Made by a program: the position numbers and the translations under genes. 64,000 nucleotides of DNA from Eledone cirrhosa (taxonomy: Eukaryota). Below, in pieces: positions 51,639 to 64,000 of this stretch (within the stretch, counting starts at the first letter, position 1; each line of letters opens with the position of its first letter). The stretch is taken from positions 332,010,001 through 332,074,000 of the forward strand of contig OZ024742.1 of the NCBI GenBank assembly GCA_964016885.1, in the 5' to 3' direction. The notes under the pieces are model-generated. The model searched no databases. It was given only the letters and a program-made list of their open reading frames with translations, and was not told the DNA's origin.

Positions 51639-51949
51639 ATAATATTAATAAGTGGAAGCTATCTTTACAAAACCATATTCACTTTATTATATATATTCAA
51701 GGGTACCAAAATGTGGGTGCGCGCTCATCAGATAAAATACAAAAGTTGGTTTACAGATAGTGACATATTCAGATAAGAACTATTCAAATATAACTCACAA
51801 CATTAAGTTCTTATCTGAATATGTCACTATCTGTAAACCAACTTTTGTATTTTATCTGATGAGAGCGTACCCAAATGTTGGTACCCTTGAAATATAAGTA
51901 ATAAAATATATATAGTTTTATAAAAATAGCTTCCATTTATTAATATTAT
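51639..51949. repeat. ~143-bp inverted repeat (24-nt spacer) carrying an HHR
   Basis: Arms 51639-51781 and 51806-51949. Confidence 0.9.
51850..51906 (+). ncRNA. Hammerhead ribozyme motif
   Basis: ttttat CTGATGA gagcgtacc..ggtaccctt GAA ATataaGT A ataaaa. Confidence 0.6.
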
Positions 51950-51954
51950 CTACA

Positions 51955-52200
51955 AGATCCCAGACCTCATTTGTTTGCCGAGTGTGGGTGATGAGGAGGG
52001 TAGGTCGTCAGATCGAACCAAGGAAACAATGTTTCCATAGGACTTTCCATTGCTGATAATATATACCGGTCGCAACTCCTGGCAGAAAGAGAAACATGAA
52101 ATAAAATGTCCTGTACAAGGACATAACGCATCACCCGGTCCGGGAATTGAACTCGCAACATGACGATTGCGAATCCATATATAAACACTAAGTCCATATA
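51955..52200 (-). mobile_element. SINE family B, degenerate
   Basis: rc gagttcaattcccggacc...tgtccttgtacaggacattttatttca. Confidence 0.65.
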
Positions 52201-52834
52201 TAAACACTCTTTCTCAATAATCGGTCCAAACGAGTGGTCAATCTAAATAGATGGCTCTAAATGGTTCCATTGAAGGGAGTAAAGAAATCAAATTAAGTGT
52301 CTACTTATGAGGTAGAAGATTCTAGTTTAGTAAACTTTTACGTTTCAATTCTCATTGTTCCCTCACTAGACCTCATCTCTCCCCAGCAATCAAAATATTC
52401 AACGGCTCCAACGGAAATCCTCAGAAATAGTGAATGTCACAAGCACACTAATCAAAAGATACTTTCCCCATAATCTCCCATTCAACACACCCACTATTAC
52501 ACACAGGAGATCACGATGAATCTATTCTTAAGAAGCACTAAAGCTCATGGTCATCTCATTCCTTCCTTTTTATATTGACATCCACTTCTCGCTTCCTTCT
52601 TCTCATCTTTTTCAACACTTCTTTTTTCACTTTTACCTCTTTGCTCATATACATATATAAACACAAAATTGCCCATGTTTATCTTACTTTCTTGACGATT
52701 TCCACTTCATGAAACAATGCTAGCACATGCATAACCCATTTACATTCAGAATACATTATTGTACACACCATACGTAATGTATTGAGTACCTTTTGTATAC
52801 GTAGTTTCTTTCGGTTCCTCTTAAAAAAGCCACA

Positions 52835-52876
<42 letters not shown>

Positions 52877-54073
52877 GTGTGTGTGTGTGTGTGTGTGTAT
52901 CTGTGTGCGCACGCACGTGTGTGTTTGTGCATATATATGTGTATGTGTGTGTGCATGTATGTATTCCTATTTTATATACTGACAGGGTGATTGGAGGGAA
53001 ATGACAGATGGACAGTCTAAAAACTAAGCAATATTTAGATTTTCCCTTAGCGCTGCAAGTCCGACTTCCATAATCATAAATCTTACATTTTGCTTTTCAG
53101 ATCTCAAGGGTGGATAAAATAGTTCTGACAGTATATCTGCCTTATTCAACAACCAATAGTCCCTTCATTGCAAATATTCTGGCTTGTGGCAATGTGTGAA
53201 ATTAATTTTACTTATTGACAGACTCAACGTATTATTATGTATGAATATATGTACGTGTTTATATAAATACTAGCTGAGCTACCCAATGATACCCGGGTAT
53301 TTTATGAAAGTTACAATATGTTTGGCACACATTACAAAATATTTGACCATTCAAATATGATTGCTGAATTTTAACCAAAGTAGGAATTATAGCAGAATAT
53401 TTATTGTCGTTTCGTCAAAGTAAATCATCTAGTTGAAAATATTAGTTTTTTTTCCAGTGGTGATTTTTGAATACTGCTCCCTATTACAGCCAGCATATAT
53501 AATGCTTTACTCATAGATGAATCATTAGGTATTTTGTCAGAGCATCACCCAAAAAATACATTTAGATTATTTTTGTTTATCCTTTTCTTTATTTCTTTTT
53601 TTTTTTTTTGCTCAATCTGAACCTCTGAAATTCAAACAACATGTAAAGACTATTTTAAAAACCATAAATAAAATAAGAAAATAAATTTAGCATTGGTTTA
53701 TGATTGAATGAAGCATTTACTTACTCATTTCTATAATTTGGGGAAAGTGTACTTAAATTTGTACACTGTAGCTTTTACCAATCTTTGCCTCTATGGCAGT
53801 AGGATCTTGTATGAGGGAGATTTGTTTTCTATTTCTATTAGCTATACCAACAGTTATAGTGGCTCACATGACATACATAAATATGTATGTCTGTAAGAGA
53901 GTTGTTTGTGATTTGAAATGGATTTTGCTAATATTTCTAGTAGATCGAGTTATCACATAGTACCATTCCTTTTTGATTCATACATATATACATACCTGAG
54001 AAAGTAAGGTGAGATTTGAAGGAAATGTGGCTACTATTTCTCCCCAGCAAAGTCCTCACTTATACTTCTTTAT

Positions 54074-57000
54074 ATAGCAGAAGTACCCGGGAATGCCTGC
54101 ATATTCTTCCAAAGTAACACCATGCAGTAAATTTGCGGCTCCAGAATTCCTTGCAAACTACATGACTAAGGAATTAGGATCTGTGTGTATTGTCATTGAA
54201 TGAGGAATTACGACATTGCTCATTCCAAAACATCTGGATAAACAACATTCTTTGTTTTGCACTGTGGTGCCACAGTGAAGAGACAATCAGGGTTCCCAAC
54301 CCTTGTTGTGCCAACATAGAGTTGACCATTTGAAAAGACAGGATCTGCCAGATTCAACCTAACGACTTTCAATGATTGCCCTTGAGATTTATTAATGGTC
54401 ATGGTAAAACAGGGACTGATCGGAAATTGAAGTATTTGGAATTCAAATGGCTTCAGAGGTATTCTGGGAATGGAACAATTGTCACCAGCAAATTTTCCTG
54501 ACATGATTGCACCTTCTAGAACATTGGACATCATATTTTTTATGATGAGTCTTGTGCCATTACAATGTTTTGGAGGATCCAGATTGCGAAGGAGCGTAAC
54601 CGATGCTCCAATCTTCAGTATCAGGTTGTGTGGAGGAATTCCCGCTTGTTCAAGACTGTTCAAAAATTCATTTTGATAGTTTACAACCTGGTCTTCAGAA
54701 GTGATTGTGTCAACTGATTTGTAGCATATTTTCTCTCCCGATAACATCTCCAGTAGCCTTCTGTTGATTTCTTTTACAGCAACATTTTTAGGTGCTAAGA
54801 TTGCTCGTTCACAGAGCCATTTCGTATCATATTGCCTGGTCTGAATGTTTGGAAATACTCTGGCAATCAGTTCTTGTTCTGTGTCAATGATATGGCCAAA
54901 TGACAACTGAATATGGGCATTGGATTCCTTTTCAAGAATTCCATTTCCAAATCTCAGTAGTTGGATGGCAAACTCACTGGCACCTTCGTCACCTGTTAAG
55001 TGCACTCGCATGTTGGTTGTAAGGCTCAGCAGCTGAAAGTGGGGCCAGAGATAGGATGTTTTCAGACAGGCATTGACCTGATCAGCTCGAGTCCCTCGAA
55101 GATTACAGGCAGAGTTTGTCTGAAATCACCAGCAAGAACCATTGTCACTCTTCCCATTATGCAACTATTTTCTCTCAGATCCCTTATCGTCCGGTCCAAA
55201 GCTTCAATTGCTCCTTTATGGCTTCATCCCAAATTATCACCTTGTATGTTTGCAGAAGCTTGCTCTTGGGTGAGTTCTTCTTGATGTTGCGAAAAGATTG
55301 TTCATGCCGTGTGAGATCTATGGGCAGCTTAAACATGGAGTGTGCAGTTATTCCACCATCCAGAAGTGTGGCTGCAATGCCACTTGAAGCCACAACAAGG
55401 GCAATGTGTTGCTTTTGGCAAACTTTTGCAAGCAGGAGGTTTATGACGAATGTCTTGCATGTGCCAGCAGGAACATCGATGAAGAAAAGTCCTCCCTTGT
55501 CATTTTGAATGTGTTCGATGATGTTGTGGTAGGCGTTCTTCTGGTCATCCATCAATCGAGGTTCATGTTCATCCACTAATTTACGCAATGTTTGAATATC
55601 GTAGTTTGTCTCCTGAAAAATGGCTTGTGCTACCTCCGTTTCTTCATCTGGCTCTGGCATCCTGCAGTTAGCTAATGTGCCATTCATTGCCTGAACTCGG
55701 TGGGACAGGTCACAGAGAGCTTGATTGTAAATCCTGGGGTATATTCCATATACATATTGCCATGATGCCTTCGGTCTAGGTGTAGATAGTCGTCCAACAT
55801 ATTGTTTTTGTTCTCCTGCCAGAGTAGATGAGCTTCGTCAATTCCACATGCCGTGAGCATAATACCAAATAATTGTCTTATTTGACTGGCTACTTGAGTG
55901 ATTGCTGTTTTTCTCTAGGCACTTGTTCCATTGTCCATTGTCATGCACGAGTCCATGCTGTTTACATGCTTCTTGGCATGTTGCGCAATCCCTTCCTCTG
56001 AAGCACCTAAGATCCTCAAATGACGTTGGTCCTCGAACAGTATGCAGAGGTAGCCGTAAATAAAAACATTCTCTCTTGTTGGGATGGACATTGTAAACAC
56101 GCTCAATAGCATCACTTGACTTGACTTCATGACCTTTCACTATATGACCCTGCTTTCTTCGATTCCAGGTCTTGCAATTGGTCCAGGTGTAGTATGTTGG
56201 GACTTCAGCATATAGGAGGGATCGAGCAAATTCCTCATTCTGGCCGAGTTTAAAGAAAGCAGTTAGTGTAGTGTCACGTGATACTTGTGCCAACTGATGA
56301 GCAGTGATCTCAGTGAAGTACACTCTCTGTCCATTTTCCAGATTGACTGCGAGGTTGACCACTGTTGGGTGGCGTTGGTGGATATCAAATCCAAAGATTC
56401 GCCAGATAGCTTCATTGCTGGAGATGTATCGACCTGTTTGATACTGTTTGACCTCATCCAGCCCACCATCTTTAAGTTCTTTGTCAGTAATAAAGGTTGC
56501 CATGTCACTGCCCTTGTTGATATATTTTGTGACATATAGGATTGCCTTGACCGAGCTGCAATACTCAACATTGATATGAGCTTTTAAAAGTTTACACAAC
56601 AAGTTGTTGTGTGGGACGACTCACTGATTGTTTATGGTCTGCTCCTCTCCTCGAACTGTTAGGCTTGCAGAATTACCTCCATGTTCTGGTCTATGCCTAC
56701 GATAAAGGGGTATCCATTATTGTCAGTCCGAGCTTCCCGAACAAAATCTCTAGGATAATGTTTGCTGCATTTTTTTATCGTTCATGCAGGGAGAGGTTGT
56801 ATTGATGACTCCACATAGACCATGAATGAGTTTGGACTTGATGGTTTCAAAGAGCTCTGGATCACCACCTTTATCAGGCAACTCTGCTGAAATGATCTTA
56901 TCAATATCATCTGGTCTTATCTTCTCCTTGCACCAGATTAGTGTGTGAGAGTGAGGAAAACCTCTCTTCTGCCACTCAATAGTGGTCATCCAAGCACTAA

Positions 57001-57450
57001 TCTCACCAAAGATTCTTCCTTCTTTTAGGAGCCAGATGAGTTGTTTTTTTTTGGCATATCATGGAAAACCCGAGCAATGAGGTCATGTCGATCCCTTGGC
57101 TTTTGATTTTGGAATAATTCATTTGATATTTCTGACCCGTTTGAATTGCATGTAAATGTAATGAAGAGATCTGGTCCACCAAATTTTCTGACATAGGCCA
57201 TTGCATCTTGCGTACGTTCATGAGTGTAACGTGGTCCTCCCGTGAAGCTTGATGGCAGTATGACTGGCTGGTCAACATTACTTGGGTCACCATCAGAATT
57301 GATGGCATCTCTAAGTGCATGTAGTTATCTGCCCTCAACTTAGTTTGATTCCTTCGCGGAAAACCCAATCTTTCTGTTTCTTTCAATTTTGGCATACATG
57401 TCCACCATGAACAGGCTGGTTACTTCTTTGAATCACAGAACTTGGTTGAA
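54074..57450 (-). mobile_element. Helitron RepHel pseudogene, 5'-truncated
   Basis: Rep motifs FITFTCN, IEWQKRGFPHSH, HGLCG and KYINKG. Helicase motifs FFIDVPAGTCKT, VASSGIAATLL, WDEA, CNGTRL and TINKSQGQS. Degenerate 3' terminus at ~54074-54100. Confidence 0.92.
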
Positions 57451-57561
57451 GGAATACGTACCTGTATTTACTTTCACTGCCTCAATATTCATAATTGAGT
57501 GGAATCATTAACAGTACTTTAAAGCAATTAAATTCCGAGCAACGCCGGGCACTTCTGCCAG
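57451..57561 (+). mobile_element. Helitron-type 3' terminus in the opposite orientation
   Basis: ttccgagcaacgccgggcacttctgCCAG|T, the same hairpin family as 34020-34047. Confidence 0.75.
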
Positions 57562-57960
<399 letters not shown>

Positions 57961-58408
57961 ATAGTTTCATTAATTTACGAGGTCAACTCATCTGGTGTCG
58001 AATATTATGCTTATCTATTTAAAACGTATGAATTGTGTTCGTCTTCTCTACTTCCATTGATTTAATCAAATGCATTTATTGATCGTCCGCAATACATTAA
58101 TTTGCAACTGTATATTAGCATCAATATATGGTATGAATTTCAAATATTTGACTGAAATAAAAAGGGGGGAAATTGCATTTGATAAGCTTGTAAGTGTTAA
58201 TTATTAACATATACAGTGTACAGATGTTGTTGATATTTCCGAAATTCATGTAAAGTGAGTTTCTTAAAATTTAACCGCTTTGTAAGATGTATCAGTGTGT
58301 ATCATGATTACGGTTATAGGGCTCCAATTTTCTTCTGAAGTTTAAATATCTTGTTAATTATTCAGTCAATCTTTTTAATTACGAGTTTTATTAAACACCG
58401 TATCTTAG

Positions 58409-58526
58409 GTATTTTAAATCTGATCGAACCCAATTTTATCCAATATGTGCACATCCTATTACTCCAGGAGAAAGGGAAAGTATGTGTGGTGAATATGATG
58501 TAGAAGGAGGAGAAATAGCTTTTTCT
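58409..58526 (+). other. Candidate internal coding exon (phase 2 to 0)
   Basis: tcttAG|g...tct|GTacgg encloses the open peptide YFKSDRTQFYPICAHPITPGERESMCGEYDVEGGEIAFS. Non-repetitive; no homolog recognised. Confidence 0.4.
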
Positions 58527-59910
58527 GTACGGATTTGGTGATTTATTCTTCGTCTTCGAAATGTTGAAAGGCAAATCTGATCTTAATGGATTTTTAACTA
58601 ACTGAGCTCAAATGAATAAGGTGAAGTTGACATTCTAACGATTGCCGATTCACTTCCTTATATATTTAAACAATATGGAAGACATAAGAGGACTTCGTGC
58701 TCGCTATATATGGAAACAAACAATAACCGATACAAATTTATCATCGTGCATTTGGAATAAAATACATTTTAACCATTTAGTAATTATTTTATATTAAATT
58801 CAATCTAGACTGATCAATTAACAATATATGTATATATATCTATTGGTCGATAAAATAAAGTACCAGTAATACACTGGATAATTATCTCCGACTAAAAACT
58901 TTCCCCCTCGGAAAACCCCCAGTTGATGGATGCAAAATCCGAAATATAGAGACAATTAAATCACTTCCAATGTAACTCTATCTCGTGTTATTTTTATTTT
59001 TACAATTTTTCCTACATTCCTATACACACTATAGGTCTCATTCTACATTTCATCTTACATATCTCTCTTCACCACCTGATTCTGTTACCCGGAGATTTAC
59101 CCATCTGCATTGTTGAGGCTTACAAAACGACCAATTTTATATATATATATATATATATGATATGATATAATATCATTTCTTTTACTATCCATCAATGCCA
59201 GGTCGCCGGTATATGCAGAAGAATCGGTCGGATGAAATTCCTCATCATTAAAATCCTACAGCGTGACAACCAATATTCTAACAATCGCCTAATATGAGAA
59301 AGTGTAAAGTACTTATAACAAACCCTTTTTTTTTTTTTTGTATCCGTTCGTGTCTAAAGATTTGTGTAAAATTAACTTCCTTCAGTTAGGATTTGAAATC
59401 ATAAATTGCCTTTAGTTTAAAGTAACATAATTTAACCTACAAATGGTCGATGTAAATGTTCGATGAGACAGCAAAACATTTTGAATGAGTGGCATTTAAA
59501 ATAGTTTCCGGTGACCTATGCTATATGAGCGAATTGACTGTACCTTTAATTCAAATTGACACACATCTTATCAGGTAAAGATCTCCTTGATAACTAAGAT
59601 AAGGGCATCGGAGCCTGTAGAATAATCATCCACTTACACGTTAATTCCACGATCTGGCTGTTCCATTGGTCTAGCAAATGTAACATGCATCGTCGAAATC
59701 AATGGATGTCTATTCCATATCATTAATCTATATTATATTGCTGTTCATATAAATGATATAGGGGGAAAAAACAATAAAGATACTTATTACTGATCCAGTA
59801 TAATCCAAATCGTATGTCATCTGATTATTTATTAGATATTAGCGGCAGCGTGTTACAAGAAGAAAAAAAAAAGGGGAAAGAGTTTAAGAAATAAAATAAA
59901 ATATAAGTAA

Positions 59911-60088
59911 TAGTTTCTACACGTTGGGCACAAGGCCAGCAATTAACCCAGTGTATTACTGGTACTTTAATTTATCGACCCCGTAAGGATGAAAAGCAAA
60001 GTTAATCTCAGCCGGATTTGAATTCCGATCATAAAGGGCCGCTAAGCATGGTGTCTGAGCCTCTACCGATACTGTCGATCCACCACCG
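59911..60088 (-). mobile_element. SINE family A
   Basis: rc of head, core and tail. Confidence 0.85.
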
Positions 60089-60918
60089 GGCGTTTTTCTT
60101 CTCTTCTCTGGTTTTACCTCGAAAACGGACAGCTGTTCGAATCGCAAAGCATTCATTTCTGAAATATTTCAGAGTAAAACCAATAATTCTATATTGTTAT
60201 ACATTGTCAATTACTATTCTCGTTTGTTAGTGAGTGGGGCTTTATATTTCTTTGATTTTTAAGTTCGATTCTTGATATGTTTCCTTTAAGAAATATGCAA
60301 CAAGGTTCAAGTGACTGATAAAAAGATTATCCTTTACATATGTATTTTGTAACCAGTTTTTCAAGTCAAATCTCTTTATATACTACGCTTCGCTTATGTT
60401 TACTACAATATATATGTTGCTCTATACTTACCTTTTCCTAGAAATATATTTACGTTGTATCACATGTTCATACCCATAAACATGCACACACTTAGAGGCT
60501 TGGCGCTGTTATTCATGTTATTTACTCCCTAATTAAATAGATCAATGTTTCAAATATATTTCAACTGTGAACATCCCGATTACAATATGCAATGAATTTT
60601 ATTTTTAATAAAGCAATTTGGATCTCATTTTATATCAGTCTTAACATCGAATTTTTAGTGGAGACCACATTGTTTGAAATATTAAACCATCTCGCCGGTT
60701 TGAGAATAATTTACACTTTTCAACCCACATCCTGTGAGATTTAAAAAGAAATAAAAACATGTACCCTGCCTATCTCTAAACAAAGAATAAAAAGTGATAA
60801 AAACTGTCGTGTATTGAACTCGTATTGAGTGGTATCTAACAAGTGCTGTCTAGTTGTTTAAATATTTAACGACAGCCAATCATATCACAATCAAGTGCTC
60901 ATAGTGTGCTCGTGATTG

Positions 60919-61590
60919 TTGCCTATATATTATCTTCAGTTAAACGGGCGTACACAATTACATATGACAGGGTCGAAGTAGAGAATAGCGGTTTCAGGAG
61001 TACACAATACATTCTGTCGCCAGGGAATTACGTTCGATGTTATTATCATTACAAGCTCGCTTCAGTTCTAGAGTTTATTGTGCTTCGTTGTGTCGAAATA
61101 GAATTGTGTAAACTACTGTTTCTTGTTCAAGTACCTACGCACATAAGTAAATAAACAAGACGCGACAGGGGTGTCGCTGGAAAATTTGTTGGCGGCATGA
61201 ACCTCAAGTCATTCGACGACGTCAAAACCTGGCTTGTGGCCTTTGAAGTAAAGGCTGGAGTGGACGAAGTGGAGGATAACATAAAAGGTGGTGGCCATGA
61301 AATTCATTTCTTTGGTCGGAATACGAGCATTAAAGGTTGACTGAGATATTATCATTTTTTTGCCTATATATTATGCTTCAGCTGAACGAGGATATACAAT
61401 ACTATTCAACAGATTCGAAGCGCATTCTGACTGTTTAGGAGTACACAATTCCTTCTGACGCCACGGAATTACGTTCAATGTAATTATTATTACATGTTCA
61501 CTGCACTTCATTGTGTCGAAATATAAATTTGTGAACTATTGATCCTTGTTCAGTTACCTACGCACATAAGGAAATTGACCAGACACGACA
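60919..61590 (+). repeat. Diverged ~230-250-bp direct repeat (60919-61168, 61360-61590)
   Basis: Both copies start ttgcctatatattat and end tacctacgcacataag.aaat..ac.agac.cgaca. Confidence 0.8.
61175..61320 (+). mobile_element. Possible mariner transposase C-terminal remnant
   Basis: GMNLKSFDDVKTWLVAF...KVVA resembles the mariner C-terminus (K.F.S.EEVK.WL..F...W.KVV). Confidence 0.45.
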
Positions 61591-62405
61591 ACAACTTTGC
61601 CAATTCTGTCTTCGCCAAAAAACACAATATACAATAACATTCAGGTCTAATAAAATCATGGCAGCAGCGACCTTCTGGCGTTCTAAATAAAACTCCACCC
61701 CCTTATTGAACTCTTATTGACTCTGGCATGATGAAAGTTTATGGTGCCATTGGCGGTAACTTTTTTTTTTAAAGCTCAGAGCTGGAACGAATACCGCAAG
61801 CATTTTGTCTGTAACAACTCGCAAATTCTTTCATTCTTAAAAGGATCTCTCTCATAAAGAACAATGTCTTCTTCATACAGAAAAGTACACCATCTAAAAC
61901 ACTCCTACACATATTGACATTTAGCGAATTATATCTGCGCTAATAACTTACCTTCATTTAAAACAGCCCAACACTACTGTATAGAGAATACCGAAGTATT
62001 AGAGCGTATTGAAAACAAAATGTATTTGCATAAATGCCTACATAATACAATTATCCAAAGAAACCTTGAGATATTGAGGTACTGTGTTAAAAAGATATCA
62101 TTTTTTTTCTCCGCAGCTTATTGTGGTGTAAAATGGATATTTCGACTGGTGATTCTTATCTTACCTATATAGGGAGTTGTGAAAGCCATCGCCAGAAACA
62201 TTATCATTAGTGTAACGATGTGGACGTGAAATTGAAATTGGAAGTGGTGGAAGAAGTTAGGCTGGAAGAAGATTGTAGGGAGAGAAGCATCCTGGGAATA
62301 CATGTAAGGATATTCACTTTTTCATTGCCTTCTCCATGCTTACAAATTGCGATTTTTAGGCCAGTAGATCAGTATTATTTGAACCGTGTGTATATATATA
62401 TATAT

Positions 62406-62594
62406 TGTTTCTACTTTTGGCACAAGGCCAGCAATTATCCCAGTGCATTACAGGGTACTTTATTTTATCGACCCCGTAAGGATGAAAGGCAAAGTTAACC
62501 TCGGCGGGATTTGAACCCAGAATGGCAAGGCCGTAACTCTGTGCGTCAAAGCATGGCATCCGACCGTCTACCGATACTGCCAACCCACCGCCCT
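62406..62594 (-). mobile_element. SINE family A, near full length
   Basis: rc ggcggtgggttggcagtatcggtagacggtcggatgcc...ggttcaaatcccgccgagg plus the core. Confidence 0.88.
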
Positions 62595-62608
62595 AGATAT
62601 ATATATAT

Positions 62609-62643
<35 letters not shown>

Positions 62644-64000
62644 AATATAATATATATATATATATATATATATACGCTTGTCAAATAATACTGAGCAATA
62701 ATTTACCCGTGTATAACTGTAATGCCTACATAATGATTTGTAGAGAAATAGTGCAAGTATATGCATATGTACATGTGTGTACGTGAGTATATTCATATAG
62801 ATGCAAATTATGCATGTCTAACAAATTTCTCTTGGTTCATTACCTTTAGAAAATATGTGCATGTTTCGTATTCTGTTCATAACATAACTGTAAAATACGT
62901 TTGATTATGAAGGGTATAAATATACACATAATTGTTTAATATCTGTACAGACCAATGTGCTAGTACCATACAATGTTAATGTATACGTACCATAAACCAG
63001 AGTTACTCTGAATACTTTGAATTTCGTCAATTTTTGCATCTTTTATGCCGCATAGTGTCGTCAAAAATTTATCTTAATTCATTATATAGTTATTGGGTTA
63101 TGTTTAGTATTCAAAGTCACCCCGATGCTAAACATAAGTATACATTACAGAGTAAAAGGTATATGTATGACATGTTATTGATATTTCAATTGAAGTATAC
63201 ATTTCACAGAAATTGACACAATATTTAATTATACATACGCCTCATGGAGTGATATATGATTATACTTCAAAACAACTTCCAGAGAGTATTGTCATCAGAA
63301 ATCAACTGACTGCATTATTCTACTTACAGGGTGACCTTGATAACATCGAATTTTTATTAGGGCATGAGATAACTGAAAATTTCATGTATATTGGATTTGT
63401 TAATTACTCTAATTTACTGCAGGGAGTCCAAACAAATGTATACGTCAACAGATTCTAATAAGTGTATATAGTTTTGAGGACACACTGTATTATGCTTATG
63501 CAAAGAAGACTGAAGATACAAAATTATTAATACCTGCATATACGCATTTTAATGAGCACTTCCTAAATATTCTTCATAATTACGAGATTTTTAATAGTAC
63601 TATTTTTATAGGTTTCATTTCCATGGTTTTATTACATATTTTTTCTGCTACTTTTCATTATTTCAGTCCCCTGTAAAGTTGTTTTTACGAACAAAAAAAT
63701 GGACAAAGAATAGAAGACGAAGATATCTCTCAAAATTTCGGGTTCGCCATCACATTCCGGGTTATTTCAGTTTTTTTTTTTTTTTTTTTAAACATACGTT
63801 TGTTTGCTGCTATGCTGTACAATGAGCAGATGTCGGAGAAAACTTTTCAAATACGTGTTATTGAATGAAACATAGCAAACTTGCGTATACCTTCTTTGAT
63901 ACTGTTTCCTGAAGTAAAATCAACTTACTTCAGCAAACGTGGAGTACATATGAAGACATAAACCTGTTTCCTATGTATCACATACAATATAGTATACTTA

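Noticed and set aside
63417-63490. Tiny Tc1-like MITE (cagggagtcc…ggacacactgta)
   Set aside because: The terminal repeats are too degenerate to call by eye.

Overview
Repeat-saturated, AT-rich eukaryotic (metazoan) DNA. The SINE families and the dense (TA)n/(CA)n/(TAA)n microsatellites suggest a cephalopod such as Octopus, which is an inference. No intact host gene is visible. Most recognisable coding sequence is decayed transposon sitting in microsatellites: an R4/Dong-type RLE retrotransposon plus a triplicated 3' fragment, a pile-up of Tx1-clade LINEs in (ATT)n, at least four Penelope-like elements (PLEs, one Naiad-like and one Neptune-like), two Helitrons, RTE fragments, a mariner remnant and many tRNA-derived SINEs. 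The most striking unexplained structure is a set of unrelated, ORF-less fold-back elements beside (TA)n tracts, several carrying hammerhead ribozyme (HHR) motifs. The best case is a highly structured 466-nt HHR-containing unit present as circularly permuted inverted and tandem copies (29179-30530), a retrozyme-like or non-autonomous PLE candidate. A few phase-compatible candidate exons on the + strand may belong to a host gene or pseudogene (low confidence). All motifs were found by eye and coordinates may be off by a few bases.
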